DNA of 64,000 nucleotides from Octopus sinensis (GCF_006345805.1 NC_043000.1:152830001-152894000); one strand, 5' to 3'; shown: positions 11,637-24,336, numbered from the stretch's first letter. Numbers and translations: made by a program. The notes: a model not told the origin generated them from the sequence alone.

Positions 11637-11785
11637 TAATAATAATAATAATAATCCTTTCTACAGGAGGCACAAGGCCTTAAAATTTGTTGGGAGAGGA
11701 CTAGTCGATTACATCGGTACTTAATTGAACGTCTCTCGAAAGGATGAAATGCAAAGTCGACCTCAAATAAATTGAAATAACTTAC

Positions 11786-11821
11786 CGGCCAGCTTTTATT
11801 AAACCATTCCAGTATATCCAT
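11786..11821 (-). CDS. Candidate first coding exon (MDILEWFNKSWP) of an unidentified membrane protein
   Basis: CCG|gtaagt donor in phase 0; in-frame TGA 12 nt upstream of the ATG; joins 76-140 in frame. Confidence 0.45.
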
Positions 11822-12314
11822 CGATGAGTTTCAACAACTTATTAATCCTTTCGTAAACACGGGTAGATATGAATACATAAATAGCAAAAGAGTATATTCG
11901 ACATCGACGTATAATGGCGTTGTGTTTCCAAGTAGATATTATGTATATCTATATATAAAAGAAGGAGAAGTGGGGAAGAAGGAAGAGGGAAAGATAACTG
12001 AAATGTGGTCCATGCTCCATAGTTCATTAATGTTCTTTAAAGCATGGCATAGGTCATGCACATGCAGAATCCAATCAGACACGAGGCCGGAGTTACGGTC
12101 TTCGGTAATTATTCACGGACAAAATGTATGTGTGTAGGATTGTAGGTAGGAATGTAGGTAGGTAGGTATACGTGCGTGTATATGAGTATATGTGTATCTG
12201 TGTATATGTGTTATCTTCTTGTGCTCATTGCTTAGAGAGAGGGGGAGAGAGAGAAATAGAGAGAGACAGACAGACAGACAGATAGACAGAAAGAGAGAGA
12301 CTGACAGACTGGCG

Positions 12315-12363
<49 letters not shown>

Positions 12364-12914
12364 GCAAATATGATGATCGTGTTTGTTGTTTAGGCCACCA
12401 CGTAAGTTTAATCCAGGCGAATGAGTCGAGACGACGAGTTAAGAGAAGACTATGGGTGTTAGAAGAGGGAAATAAATGAGCGTAGGAGAGAGAAAGAAGA
12501 GGAAGAGAAAGGAGAGGAAGTGAGAGAAGAGGAAAATAGAATATTATGGAGTTAGTGAACAGGTAAGTAGGGGTGGGGGTGGGGGGAGTTGAAAAATGTA
12601 ATTAGTGTAATCCATTTTGAATGTAATGGGAGGATGAGGAGAAAGTGGAAAACGGTGTGGGGGAGAGTTAAAAGAATGAAGGGGAAAATAAAGAGGAGAG
12701 CAACTGGAACAAAGGTGAGCATTGCTAAATGTAGGAGAGCAGAGGGCGGAGGAACAGGAGGAGGAGGAAGAGAAGGAGGAGGAGGAGAAGAAGAAGAAGA
12801 GAAGAAGAAGAAGGAAAGCAAAAACGACTAAGTAGAGAAAGAGAAATTCGACGAGAGAGAGATAGAGAGAGGAAGATGTACATGTGTGTGTGTGTATTTA
12901 TGTATGTAGGTGTG

Positions 12915-12972
<58 letters not shown>

Positions 12973-13092
12973 TGTGATCACTGTGACCGACCAGGCTATC
13001 AGATGTTGCTACACATCGCTGGTCACAATGCGCTTCGCATTGTTTTAGCCTTCAAATGACGCAACCCCGCTGGCTAAGCGAGCAGGCCAATA

Positions 13093-13140
<48 letters not shown>

Positions 13141-13152
13141 ATATATATATAG

Positions 13153-13204
<52 letters not shown>

Positions 13205-13657
13205 GCAGTTATAATCAGATCGGATGAAATAAATGAGAGAGAAAATTGCTAGCTAAGGAAAAAAGTAAAAAGAAATTTAACCGAAGGAAAGAATTTAGAA
13301 GGGAGAGAGTGAGTGGGGTGGAGAAGTAACCAATGGCCCTTTACTTAGAAAAAACAAAAACAAACAAAAACAAGTAAATAATAAACTAAGGGAAAAAAGA
13401 AGGAAAAGTGCAACAAGGAAATGAAGGAAAGAAAACGATAAACAATTAATGAACGAAACAACAGGATTTAAAGATAAAACAGTAAACGAGATAAATCAGT
13501 GATAAAAAGATGTTTTTTTATAGTTACAACCGTCACACAGACACAAACACACAGACACAAACACACAGACAGACAGACACACACACACACATACACACAC
13601 ACACACCACCACCAACACACCACAACACACACACCACACACACAACACAAAAAACAC

Positions 13658-13692
<35 letters not shown>

Positions 13693-13696
13693 AACA

Positions 13697-13731
<35 letters not shown>

Positions 13732-14229
13732 CATACACACACAAACACACACACAAACACTCACACACACACACACACACACGTATGTATATATGTGTAT
13801 AGGGAGTGAGAACAGAGCGAGGGAGAGAGAGAGAGAGAGAGAGTAGTGGTTAGTTGAGGTGGTCGGGAATTGGAAAGAACGTACAAAAATAAAACTGTGG
13901 AGCTCGTGATCTTGACAACATATATGGGACATGAGCGAGGTGAAAGCCTTTAATCTAGGCATTGTTTATTGCCGGAGGTGCTGGCGAGAGATAGACAATA
14001 GGAGAGCTGTGAACTTTCATTCGCACTGGTTTAGGCGTTGAAGCAGTTGGTGCGAATAAATTTGACGAGATGAGAGGGAATAGGAAAGAGCAGGAAGTAA
14101 AAAAATACTTAGAAAAAGAAATTAAAAAGTTTTGTAACTTCATTTCTTTTTTTTGGATTGGTTGGTTGGTTTGTTAAGTGAGGAAAAATAAAGGTAAAGT
14201 AACACAAAAACAGAAAAAAAAAATATATT

Positions 14230-14311
14230 ATGATGATGATGATGATGGTGTTGATGATGATGATGGAGGTAATGAGGATGATGATGATGATGGTGGTGGT
14301 GGTGGTGGTGG

Positions 14312-14372
<61 letters not shown>

Positions 14373-14377
14373 GGTGG

Positions 14378-14450
<73 letters not shown>

Positions 14451-14497
14451 GATGATGATGATGGTGGTGTCGGTGGTGGTGATGATGATGATGATGA
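14230..14497. repeat. Compound (GAT)n/(GGT)n microsatellite
   Basis: Read directly. Confidence 0.98.
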
Positions 14498-14797
14498 TAA
14501 TATGTATACACACACACACACACATGATTATCATTTAATGTACACAATACAAAGATACGAGCTGCTAATAGTTTCATGCATTGGAGACACGAGGTCTAGG
14601 CAGGTTTCTACAACGCGCCTTGCGTCTCCAAGCAATCTTCAGAATACACAAATGACAAGGGAACGAGAAATAGTGTAATGAACTTCATTACTTCATTGGC
14701 TTATAGCTGTTTCTGCTACAAGATGCAGGCACTCATATTTGAATGCATTGCATCTTTTTGCCATCATTTTCATCTTGAAACTTTGTAAGTCAACACT

Positions 14798-15046
14798 TAC
14801 TCTTTTACTCTTTTACTTGTTTCAGTCATTTTACTGTTGTCATGGTGGAGCACCGCCTTTAGTCGAGCAAATCGACCCCAGGACTTATTCTTTGTAAGCC
14901 TAGTACTTATTCTATCGGTCTGTTTTGCCGAACCGCTAATTACGGGGACGTAAGCACACCAGCATCGGTTGTCAATGTAAGCTGGGGGGGGGGGGACAAA
15001 CACAGTCACACAAACATACACACACACACAAAGTACCACATTTGAT

Positions 15047-15110
<64 letters not shown>

Positions 15111-15288
15111 CATACATATATACTACGGGCTTCTTTAAGTTTCCGTCTACCAAATCCACTCACAAGGCTTTGGTCGACCCGAGGCTATAGTAGAGAAGAC
15201 ACATGCCAAGGTGCCAAGCAGTGGGACCGAACGCGGAACCATGTGGCTCGTAAGCAAGCTACTTACCACACAGCTATTCCTACGCCTA
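14798..15288 (-). mobile_element. SINE family 1, near full length
   Basis: Head, CORE centre, internal (TA)n and tail all present. Confidence 0.9.
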
Positions 15289-15584
15289 TTACGGAAAATA
15301 TATGAACAGGGAGGGAATTCCATGGAGCTGATATTCTGGGAGAGAAGGACTGGATGTAGGAATTACTGCTGAGCCTGAGGTTTGAACACAACTAGAATGA
15401 TGAGAAGAAAGATGAATAAGATGAGAACGCCTGAGTGTATGTATGTATGTATGTATGTATGTATGTATGTATGTATGTATGTATGTATGTATGTATGTAT
15501 GGATGTATGTATGTATGTATGTATGTATGTATGTATGTATGTATGTATGTATGTATGTATGGATTGTTGTATGTATGTATGTCA

Positions 15585-15918
15585 TACATACAAGAGTCAT
15601 CTTCGTAGTCATAAAGCGGGACAGATGAGTGACAACCTGGCCACTGGTGGTGGTGTAACACACCATACTAATCATATCTGTCGGGCATGTGGAAGAGAGT
15701 GTAATTCGGCAGGAGTACTTAAACGACATGCAAAGGTACATGAAGCCCAGTTACAACTACAGCCGGCTATTACCGGTAAAGGTTTTAGTTGCCAATTCTG
15801 TACAAGACATTGCAGATCTTTAGCTGGGCTAAATAGTCACATTCGATCACAGCCCCAGTAACAGTTAAGCTTCGTGCAATAGCCATACTCGATAACGAGG
15901 GGGCAGCCATAATAATAA
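15585..15918 (+). mobile_element. LINE 3' end (probably RTE) encoding C2H2 zinc fingers
   Basis: CRAC-x12-HAKVH, then CQFC-x12-HIRSQ, stop, short UTR and (TAA)n tail. Confidence 0.7.
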
Positions 15919-15989
15919 TGTATGCATGTATGTATGTATGTATGTATGTATGTATGTATGTATGTATGTATGTATGTATGTATGTATAT

Positions 15990-16157
15990 ATACAAGATAA
16001 GAAAATGGAGAAATACATCTAAATCAAATATCAATTACCAGATAATACTTAATCACATACTTTATTAAACCACCACATAAGAGACTGTAGGGTTAAACAT
16101 AAAAAAGCAGAATTGATATTTGATTTAGATGTATTTCTCCATTTTCTTATCTTGTAT
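15990..16157. repeat. Perfect 47-bp inverted repeat
   Basis: Arms 15990-16036 and 16111-16157. Confidence 0.95.
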
Positions 16158-16364
16158 TAGTAATTTGTGGTAAATCCTTTTACCTTTGCCAATATAATAC
16201 AGTAAATGAATTGATTGCATCGCAATCATTAACATTTATGTATTAACTTTGTTGGGTACTTCACTAGCAGTATATTGGATATATGTTATCCCATGGAGGG
16301 TTGCATTTACAACCCCTATCTCAATTTGTATATATATATATATATATATACATCTCAGTCATTT

Positions 16365-16828
16365 CACATATCTGAGGAAGGGTTGTCAGTAAAGCGGGTG
16401 GAATAGAATAGGGGATAAAAATAATGGTTTAGCAAAGCTGCAACGACTTTCAAGATGCTCAAACTCATCTGGAGATCACAAAGTTCTTCAATGACTACCT
16501 TCGCACATCTGTGAATAGATGTATCCGTAAAATCCTTCGGGTGAGATAGCAAGACAAACAAAGCCTTGTGGCAACAGGTGACCCACAAAACTATCGAAAT
16601 CCAGATCAAAAGAAAGAAATGGGACTCAGTAGGGAGACACTCTAGGGAAACCTGTTTCCAAACATTACAAAGTAGGTCCTCTGATTGGCACCACAAAGGG
16701 AAATTCAACATGGAGAAGTTACCCAGAAACTGATGCAGTGGTAGACAGCTACACCTGGGGATTACACAATCAAGGGCCTGAGATCGAGACAGACGAGGAT
16801 CTCTTGTTGACACCTGGAGTCAAAGGAA
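16365..16828 (+). mobile_element. Degraded RTE-clade LINE 3' fragment
   Basis: NRCIRKILR...LWQQ...IEIQIKRKKW..VG remnant. Confidence 0.7.
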
Positions 16829-17065
16829 TTTCGAACATATATATATATATATATCCCAGAAAACCGGGGCCTTGCGTATCACGTCAGGTCGACGATGGGA
16901 AGGATGGCTTCCATTTGCAAATACTGATAGGGCACAGAAAGTGTGTCAATAGCCAGCTGAAGAAGATGTTCTCTGGGGCTACAAGCTACAGTAGCATCTA
17001 CCCTTAGTGGTTAGTCACATTTAGTTGGCAAATATACTTCACACACACACACACACGCATATATG

Positions 17066-17098
<33 letters not shown>

Positions 17099-17099
17099 A

Positions 17100-17720
17100 T
17101 GTATATATATTATTTCGCTTAGGCATAGCTATACTAATAACCTAGTGTTAGAATTCAATATACGTATGCTTTAGAACAAAGCGTCAGTCAAGTACACATC
17201 AGTAATAAGAAATTGAGAAATTTATGCTATGAACTTCATAAGCTTACAGATGTTTCTGTTATAAGGTACAATGCACTCATAACTGAATACTTAAGTATTA
17301 CTCTATAGCCTCATCAGAACTTGAAACATGAAGTACTGTAAGCTAATGTAGTTCATAACATAATAGTAATTTCATTTCTCATATAGACACCAACAATCGC
17401 TTGTTCTTGAAAATTCAGATGGAAACGTTGCTGTTGCTTTTGTTATTGGCAGAACATTCCACTGCTTTCTGACACGATAAACTCGTTAAAATTCTTTTAT
17501 CCATGTCGCGTTTGTTGTTAAATTCTTTCCTTATGTCTTCCACAATATTCCGCTCCAAAGTCATTGAGCTATTTTTGATACCAATGAGTCCAAAGGGGAC
17601 ACTCAACGTGACTACACTTCTGTTCAGAAATAGCACCGAATCATTCTTAGATCCCATCTCATTGTCTTATGACAAGGACACGCTAGCTAATGTAATCCCG
17701 GATTCCTAATTTCTTTGTCG
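17100..17720 (-). mobile_element. Probable Penelope-like 3' end (decayed endonuclease region plus pLTR)
   Basis: Frameshifted KERI*QQTRH...VSE remnant followed by a hammerhead; protein similarity judged from memory. Confidence 0.45.
17240..17322 (-). ncRNA. Hammerhead motif with degenerate stem II base
   Basis: aagtt CTGATGA ggctatag...ttataaca GAA ACATCTGT A agctt. Confidence 0.65.
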
Positions 17721-17805
17721 TATCCACAGAGAGTAGTCTCCCTTATATAGCTGGCTTTTTTTGTTTTTCAGGAGGGACATACAGAGATATAGACCAAAAT
17801 GAGAC

Positions 17806-17866
<61 letters not shown>

Positions 17867-17962
17867 GAGAGACAGACAGACAGACAGACACACAGACAAG
17901 TAGGCAGTGAGAATTTGACTTGAAATCTATTTATCGATTCCCAAAGTGACGAAAAGTGGAGA

Positions 17963-18265
17963 CGCAATGACCCAGTAGTTAGGGCAGCGGACTCGCGGTC
18001 GGAGGATCGCGGTTTCGATTCCCAGACTGGGCGTTGTATGTGTTTATTGAGCGAAAACACCTAAAGCTCCACAAGGCTCCGGTAGGGGGTGGGGGTGGCG
18101 ACCCCTGTTGTATGTACTCTTTCGCTCCAACTTTCTCTCACTCTTTCTTCCTGCTTCTTGAGTAACGCTGCGATGGACTGGCCTCCCGTCCAGCTGGGGG
18201 GGGGGGGGGAACACATACGCCACAGAAACCGGGAAACTGGGGCCATGAACCTGGCTAGGCTTGAA
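17963..18265 (+). mobile_element. SINE family 3 (ggcgcaatggcccagtggttaggg head)
   Basis: A/B-box-like head shared with 24761, 57901 and 62038. Confidence 0.85.
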
Positions 18266-18879
18266 AAGGGCGGAAAAAAGAAAAAAAAGTGACAACAGCA
18301 GGACGAGAAGTTGGTGCGCAGACATCCAGAATAAATACCGACAGGCATTCTATTTGTTTAACTCTTCACCCGTTTACTGCTTTACATTCTCTAAAAAGAC
18401 GAAATGAACTTGGCTGCAATGCCTTTGATCACAAATCTGCTGTTATCCCGTTCCGCCCATAAAACGTGTCTTTTAGTGCAGATAACACCACGCTTCACAT
18501 TTTTCATTACATAATCTTTTGCTCACAGGCTTACTCTCTCAGTTCACACGCAACTTAAAACACTTTGCTCTTACATACACTACTCACATGACCGATGACA
18601 TCGAAAACGACCTCCAAGGACGACCTACTTACATTACGCAACCAGCAACACACACATACACACACGGGCGCGCACACACACACACACACACAAATATCTT
18701 TTACTTGTTTCAGTCATTGGACTGTGGCCATGCTGGAGCACCGCCTTAAGGGGTACAGCCGAGCAAGTCAATCCCCATACTTAGTTTTAAGTCCGGTATT
18801 TATTCTATCGGCTACTCTGGCCGAACCGCTAAGTTACGCAGATGTAAACAAGTGCCCACTGGTTGTCAAGCGGTGTGCA

Positions 18880-19140
18880 GAGAAAGGGGTCAAACAACAC
18901 AAATACTTATTTCTTTATTGCCCACAAGGGGCTAAACATAGAAGGGACAAACAAGTACATGCAAAGAGATTAAGTCGATTACATCGACCCCAGTGCTTAA
19001 CTGGTACTTAATTTATCGACCCCGAAGGGATGAAAGGCAAAGTCGACCTCGGTGGAATTTGAACTCAGAACGTAACGGCAGACGAAATACGGCTACGCAT
19101 TTCGCCCGGCGTGCTAACGTTGCTGCCAGTTCGCCGCCTT
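18880..19140 (-). mobile_element. SINE family 2
   Basis: Reverse complement of the 61448-61678 copy. Confidence 0.85.
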
Positions 19141-19660
19141 CAAACAGCACAAATACTAAAACAGACAATAAACGCTTTGGTCGATCGGGGCTGCTGTAAA
19201 AGACATTTGTCCAAGGTGCCGCGCAGTGGAACCGATCTCCAAACGACACGGCTGGGAAGTAAATTTATAAAGTATAAAGCTACGTCTGCATAAATACACC
19301 CACACGCGCGCGCGTGCGTGTGTATATACATACTAAGGCGCGTGACTTGTGGTTAGTGTGTCGCACTCGTGATCGAAAGATCGTGGTTTCGATTCCCAGA
19401 CCAGCGGTGCGTCTTGTTCTTGAGCAGATCATTTCATTTCGTGTTGCTTCAGTCTACTCATCTGTAGAAGGGTAACCCTGTGACAGACTGGCGTCCCTTT
19501 CAGGGAAATTAGCCAGCGAGGCAACATCACTTGAAAGCTGCAACAATGCGGAGAAGCGTATTGTGACCAGCGGTGTATAACCACATCCAAGAGTCTGGTC
19601 GATACAGTTATACATACATACATGTATACGTGCGCGCACACACACACATATACATACATA

Positions 19661-19894
19661 CTCTTTTACTCTTTTACTTGTTTCAGCCATTTGACTGCGG
19701 TCATGCTGGAGCACCGCCTTTAGTCGAGCAAATCGACCCCAGGACTTATTCTTTGTAAGCCTAGAACTTATTCTATCGGTCTCTTTTACCGAACCGCTAA
19801 GTTACGGGGATCGTAAACACACCAGCATCGGTTGTCAAGCGATGTTGGGGGAATAAACAGACACACAAACACACACACACTCACCCACACACAC

Positions 19895-19936
<42 letters not shown>

Positions 19937-20135
19937 TATATTATATAATATATATATTATATATACATACATATATACACATATATAGGACGGGCTTCTT
20001 TCAGTTTCCATCTACCAAATCCACTCACAAGGCTTTGGTTGGCCCGAGGCTATAGTAGAAGACACTTACCCAAGTTGCCACGCAGTGGGACTGAACCCGG
20101 AACCATGTGGTTCGTAAGCAAGCTACTTACCACAC
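19661..20135 (-). mobile_element. SINE family 1, near full length
   Basis: Same organisation as 26165-26572. Confidence 0.9.
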
Positions 20136-20403
20136 ATACATACACACATACATACATACATACATACATACATACATACATACATACATACATACATACC
20201 TATTTCTTTACTACCCACAAGGGGCTAAACACAGAGAGGACAAACAAGGACAGACGAACGGATTAAGTCGATTATATCGACCCCAGTGCGTAAATGGTGC
20301 TTAATTTATCGACCCCGAGAGGATGAAAAGCAAAATCGACCTCGGCGGAATTTGAACTCAGAACGCAGCGGCGGACGAGAGAGAGAGAGAGAGAGAGACT
20401 GAA

Positions 20404-20456
<53 letters not shown>

Positions 20457-20631
20457 TAGACAGACAGACAAGTAGGCAGTGAGAGAAGAGACTGAGGAGA
20501 AATTTAACCCAATATTTGACTTGAAATCTAGTTATCGATTCCCAAAGTGACGAACAGTGGAGGCGCAATGGTGCTAACGTTTCTGCCAGCTCGCCGCCTT
20601 AATACATACGTACATACATACATACATACAT

Positions 20632-20697
<66 letters not shown>

Positions 20698-20769
20698 CTA
20701 CATATGAAAACATATACAAAAGTACTGTGAATAAAGATAGAGTGACCCGAGAATATTGTGCCAGACTTT

Positions 20770-21125
20770 AATAATAATAATAATAATAATAATTGTGTAC
20801 AGTGCTCAGGTGCACTACAACTCATCTAAAGTGTATATATAATCAGGTGTAGTTTCGGCGGATTTCGGAAAGCATGAGGGCCTTAAAAGATGCAGTGTCA
20901 TGGCAGTCAACAACTGACGCAGGCAGTTTATTCCATGCTTCAGCAACTCTGAGCGTGAAAAAATGTTTCCGAAAGTCATGGGAGCTGTGCTGTTTTCTGA
21001 CTTTGTAGGTATGTCCATGTGTGTTGGACACATGGAGATCAAAAAGGTGTTCAGTGTTGTTGTTGGTGAGGTGGTTGATAACTTTGTGGGTGTTTACCAA
21101 GTCCGTCGCCAAACGCCGGAGCTTG
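20770..21125 (-). mobile_element. CR1-like LINE 3' fragment
   Basis: Near-identical to 28017-28350. Confidence 0.9.
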
Positions 21126-21129
21126 GCAG

Positions 21130-21251
21130 TCCGAACTCTCCTCTTACAGCAAGAAAATATCTCACAATGCATTTGCAGTACCAGTGTTGATTCCGAGATT
21201 TGGATTACTTGACGGGTCTGTAGAAGAAATCCACTCCATGGACGTTAAAAC
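21130..21251 (+). mobile_element. Dong/R4-type RT fragment
   Basis: HNAFAVPVLIPRFGLLDGSVEEIHSMDVKT resembles the R4-clade post-RT segment (from memory). Confidence 0.55.
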
Positions 21252-21476
21252 CTGTGATGGCTTTCTCAGTCGGAATGAGATCCAGTTCTCCATCGCTCTT
21301 AAAGATTGTTGAAGGGTGAGTGAGTGAGTGGGTGTATGTGTGTGTGTGGTGTGTGTGTGTGCGTGTGTGTGTGTGTGCGTGTGTTGTTGTTATTAAGCAA
21401 CAAGACGGGTAAGGGTGATTAGGTGATGGTCTAGGGCTTAGGGGCGGGAGACCCCAGACCTTGGGGAAAAAAAAAC

Positions 21477-21578
21477 TTTGGTCGTCTTGTTGTAGTCTTC
21501 GTTGACGTCCAACACCACTGGAAGGTGGCCCTCGAAGTCGCTGGAAATGGAGATCTCCAGGTCCAAATTCTTGAACGG
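21477..21578 (-). CDS. Coding-like segment (PFKNLDLEISISSDFEGHLPVVLDVNEDYNKTTK), function unknown
   Basis: 28 of 34 codons end in G/C; bounded by cag| and |gttttt, both weak splice contexts. Confidence 0.3.
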
Positions 21579-22049
21579 CTGTGTGCGTGTGCGTGTGTGT
21601 GTATGCATGTGTGCGTGTGTGTAAATGTGTATGTGTGTGCACGTGAGTTTGCGAGCACACGCGTGTGTATATGTGTGCGTATGCGCGCATATATGTAGAG
21701 GGGAACGAAGTGTTGATGAGGCAATCCCTTCGATTCGAAATTTCTTCGTGTATTGTCATGTCGCGTAAATGCAGGTTGCTCTGCTTGCCACGATAAAATA
21801 AGTTTATTTATAGATTAGCTTTAACTATTAATTAACCCTACCCAGAGTAAATATCCTCTGTGTAAAGACCGTTGACATCAAAGTTTTAGTCATTGTTGAC
21901 ATCTCGTCTAAACGAATTTATTAAGCGATGTTGGTGAGGGCTGTTCTTGGTCGTTTTCGCACCCCCGCCTAACAATCACTCGCAGTAAAACAGTGAAGGC
22001 TTTGGGTTACTTTTAGAGGGAAGTACTGGCTTTGAATGTTGTCGTAATT

Positions 22050-22131
<82 letters not shown>

Positions 22132-22534
22132 CATTGTGTACAGTGCTCAGGTGCACTACAACTCATCTAAAGTGTATGTATAATCAGGTGTAGTTTCGGC
22201 GGATTTCGGAAAGCATGAGGGCCTTAAAGGAAGCAGTGTCATGGCAGTCAACAACTGACGCAGGCAGTTTATTCCATGCAACTCTGAGCGTGAAAAAATG
22301 TTTCCGAAAGTCATGGGAGCTGTGTTGTTTTCTGACTTTGTAGGCATGTCCACGTGTGTTAGACACATGGAGATCAAAAAGGTGTTCAGTGTTGTTGTTG
22401 GTGAGGTGGTTGATAACTTTGTGGGTGTTTACCAAGTCCATCGCCAGACGCCGGAGCTTCAGTGAATCCATGCCCAGGGAAACACGGCGCTCAGAATATG
22501 GTAGGTGTCTGATGGAGGGTATGCGTTTGGTTGC
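22050..22534 (-). mobile_element. CR1-like LINE 3' fragment
   Basis: Near-identical to 28017-28450. Confidence 0.9.
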
Positions 22535-22822
22535 ACGTCTCTGAACATAATTGTGTGAGTATAAATGTTTTCTTTATTTCCGGATTATTTTTGTCATCTT
22601 CCTTCCATTTCTCTTATAAATCATAATCTCTCTTGTTGTCCATTTTGATATTTCTATCTTTCTTCTCACTCATCTTGTTTAATTCTTCCTTTATAATCTG
22701 AGCGGAAATGAACGTACTAAAAAAAGCACACACAGTCCAAGGGAGGTAACACGTATCTGCAAAACATTTTGTTGACGATTTGGCACGATTTGTTTCAGCG
22801 AATTCATTTCTTTATCATAAAA

Positions 22823-23204
22823 CTAGCTGTATAGCCCAGCGTTGCTCGGGTTTGTTTTGACCCTTTAGAATTGGAATTTTTGAAAAGTAAAAATTTTGCA
22901 TTATGTAGCTTCTTATTCTCTTTTAGTGAACATTTTTCTGGTTGAAATACACCGAAAAATGACCACACAGCAGTCAAAAAATCGTAAAAACCCGGGATTT
23001 TCATAGAAAAAAAGCACCTTTTTTATATAAATAATGTTTGGTCTTAACATGGTCTGATTTGAATTTTTTCTTCTATGGAAGGAAGAGCAAGCCTTCTTCT
23101 ATCATATTCTCAATTTTGGTCTACTTGCGCCGGAGGAGATAGTGTTAGTTGAAGGCTACCAAACCTGCCATACACATACAACTTCAGCTTTATATAGAGA
23201 GAGA
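22823..23204 (-). mobile_element. Non-autonomous Helitron
   Basis: 5' TC, 3' hairpin cccgagcaacgctggg then CTAG, inserted between A and T. Confidence 0.8.
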
Positions 23205-23652
23205 TAATGTACTAATGTAACATAGCTTGCCAGTCTAAAATACCAATTCAAAATATTGGCAAAAGGCCAGCAATTTCGGAGAAGGGACTAAGTCGATTAT
23301 ATTGAAACCAGCGTTCTGCTGGTACTTAATTTATCAACTCCTAAAGGATGAAAGGTAAAGTCGACCTCAACGGAATTTGAACTCAGAACATGAAGACGGA
23401 CAAAATGCCACCAAGCTTTTCCCCGGAGTGTTAACGATTCTGCCAGCTCGTCGCCTTGCCTGTTCAAAATATTCTTTTCTACTCTAGGCACAGTGGAGGT
23501 ACATGGCCTAGTGGTTAGGGCAGCGGACAGAAGGTAATGGCGAACTTCTGCTGACTCTTTCGCCACAACTTTCTCTCACTCTTTCCTCCTGCATCTTGCA
23601 GCTCACCTGCGACGGACCGGCGTCGCGTCCAGGTGGGGAACCAAGGAAACCG

Positions 23653-23858
23653 GAGGAGGTCGAAACTGACATTTCAGAGTTCTTCGCTTTGAAACAAAAG
23701 AGTTTTACATTGGTGGGATTAAAAAGCTTGTAAATAGATGGAAGGAAGTCATAGATAATCAGGTAAAGTACATTGATGATTAAATTTCAATTAAATATAA
23801 CATTTGATCACTTGTTTTCTTTATTCAAAATTCGGACAGAATTTATGGGATGACCATA
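23653..23858 (+). mobile_element. Mariner 3' fragment
   Basis: EFYIGGIKKLVNRWKEVIDNQVKYIDD*. Confidence 0.8.
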
Positions 23859-23929
23859 TATATATATATATATTAATGAGTTCAGTATGCGGCAAAGTAA
23901 TTTATTTTACTAAGCCCTTTTATATAATG

Positions 23930-23965
<36 letters not shown>

Positions 23966-24067
23966 CAATTAAGGGTAAAACTAATTAATTACGAAGTAAT
24001 CAATAAATTTCACCAAGTAGAATTCGGTATGAAATCAGGACCGTTATACGGTAAATTCTAGTAATAT

Positions 24068-24336
24068 TAATATTGAGGGGTCAGCAAAAGAAATGCATCA
24101 CCACATACCAAAGTTCAGAAATAGCAGCCAAAATCTAAGCCATTTCTTCTACTTAAAAAAAGGGTCTACCAGAGAAACCATAATACTTGAATCTTATGCC
24201 TGGATGAATAAGATTCAAGTATTATGGTTTCTCTGGTAGACCCTTTTTTTAAGTAGAAGAAATGGCTTAGATTTTGGCTGCTATTCTGAACTTCGGTATG
24301 TGGTGATGCATTTCTTTTGCTGACCCCTCAATATTA
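24068..24336. repeat. 130-bp near-perfect palindrome with 10-nt loop
   Basis: Arms 24068-24197 and 24208-24336; one substitution and one indel seen. Confidence 0.97.

Noticed and set aside
12570-12590. G-rich run as a G-quadruplex
   Set aside because: Only three clear G tracts inside a low-complexity purine region
21140-21310. Plus-strand exon-like frame ending before gtgagt
   Set aside because: First part resembles a Dong/R4 RT segment and the frame ends in a stop before the donor
21706-21745. TTGATGAG...gattcGAAA
   Set aside because: C3 missing and no stem III or stem I
22545-22700. Minus-strand K/E/D-rich frame (IIKEELNKMSEKK...)
   Set aside because: In-frame stop, and purine-rich composition alone explains the residues
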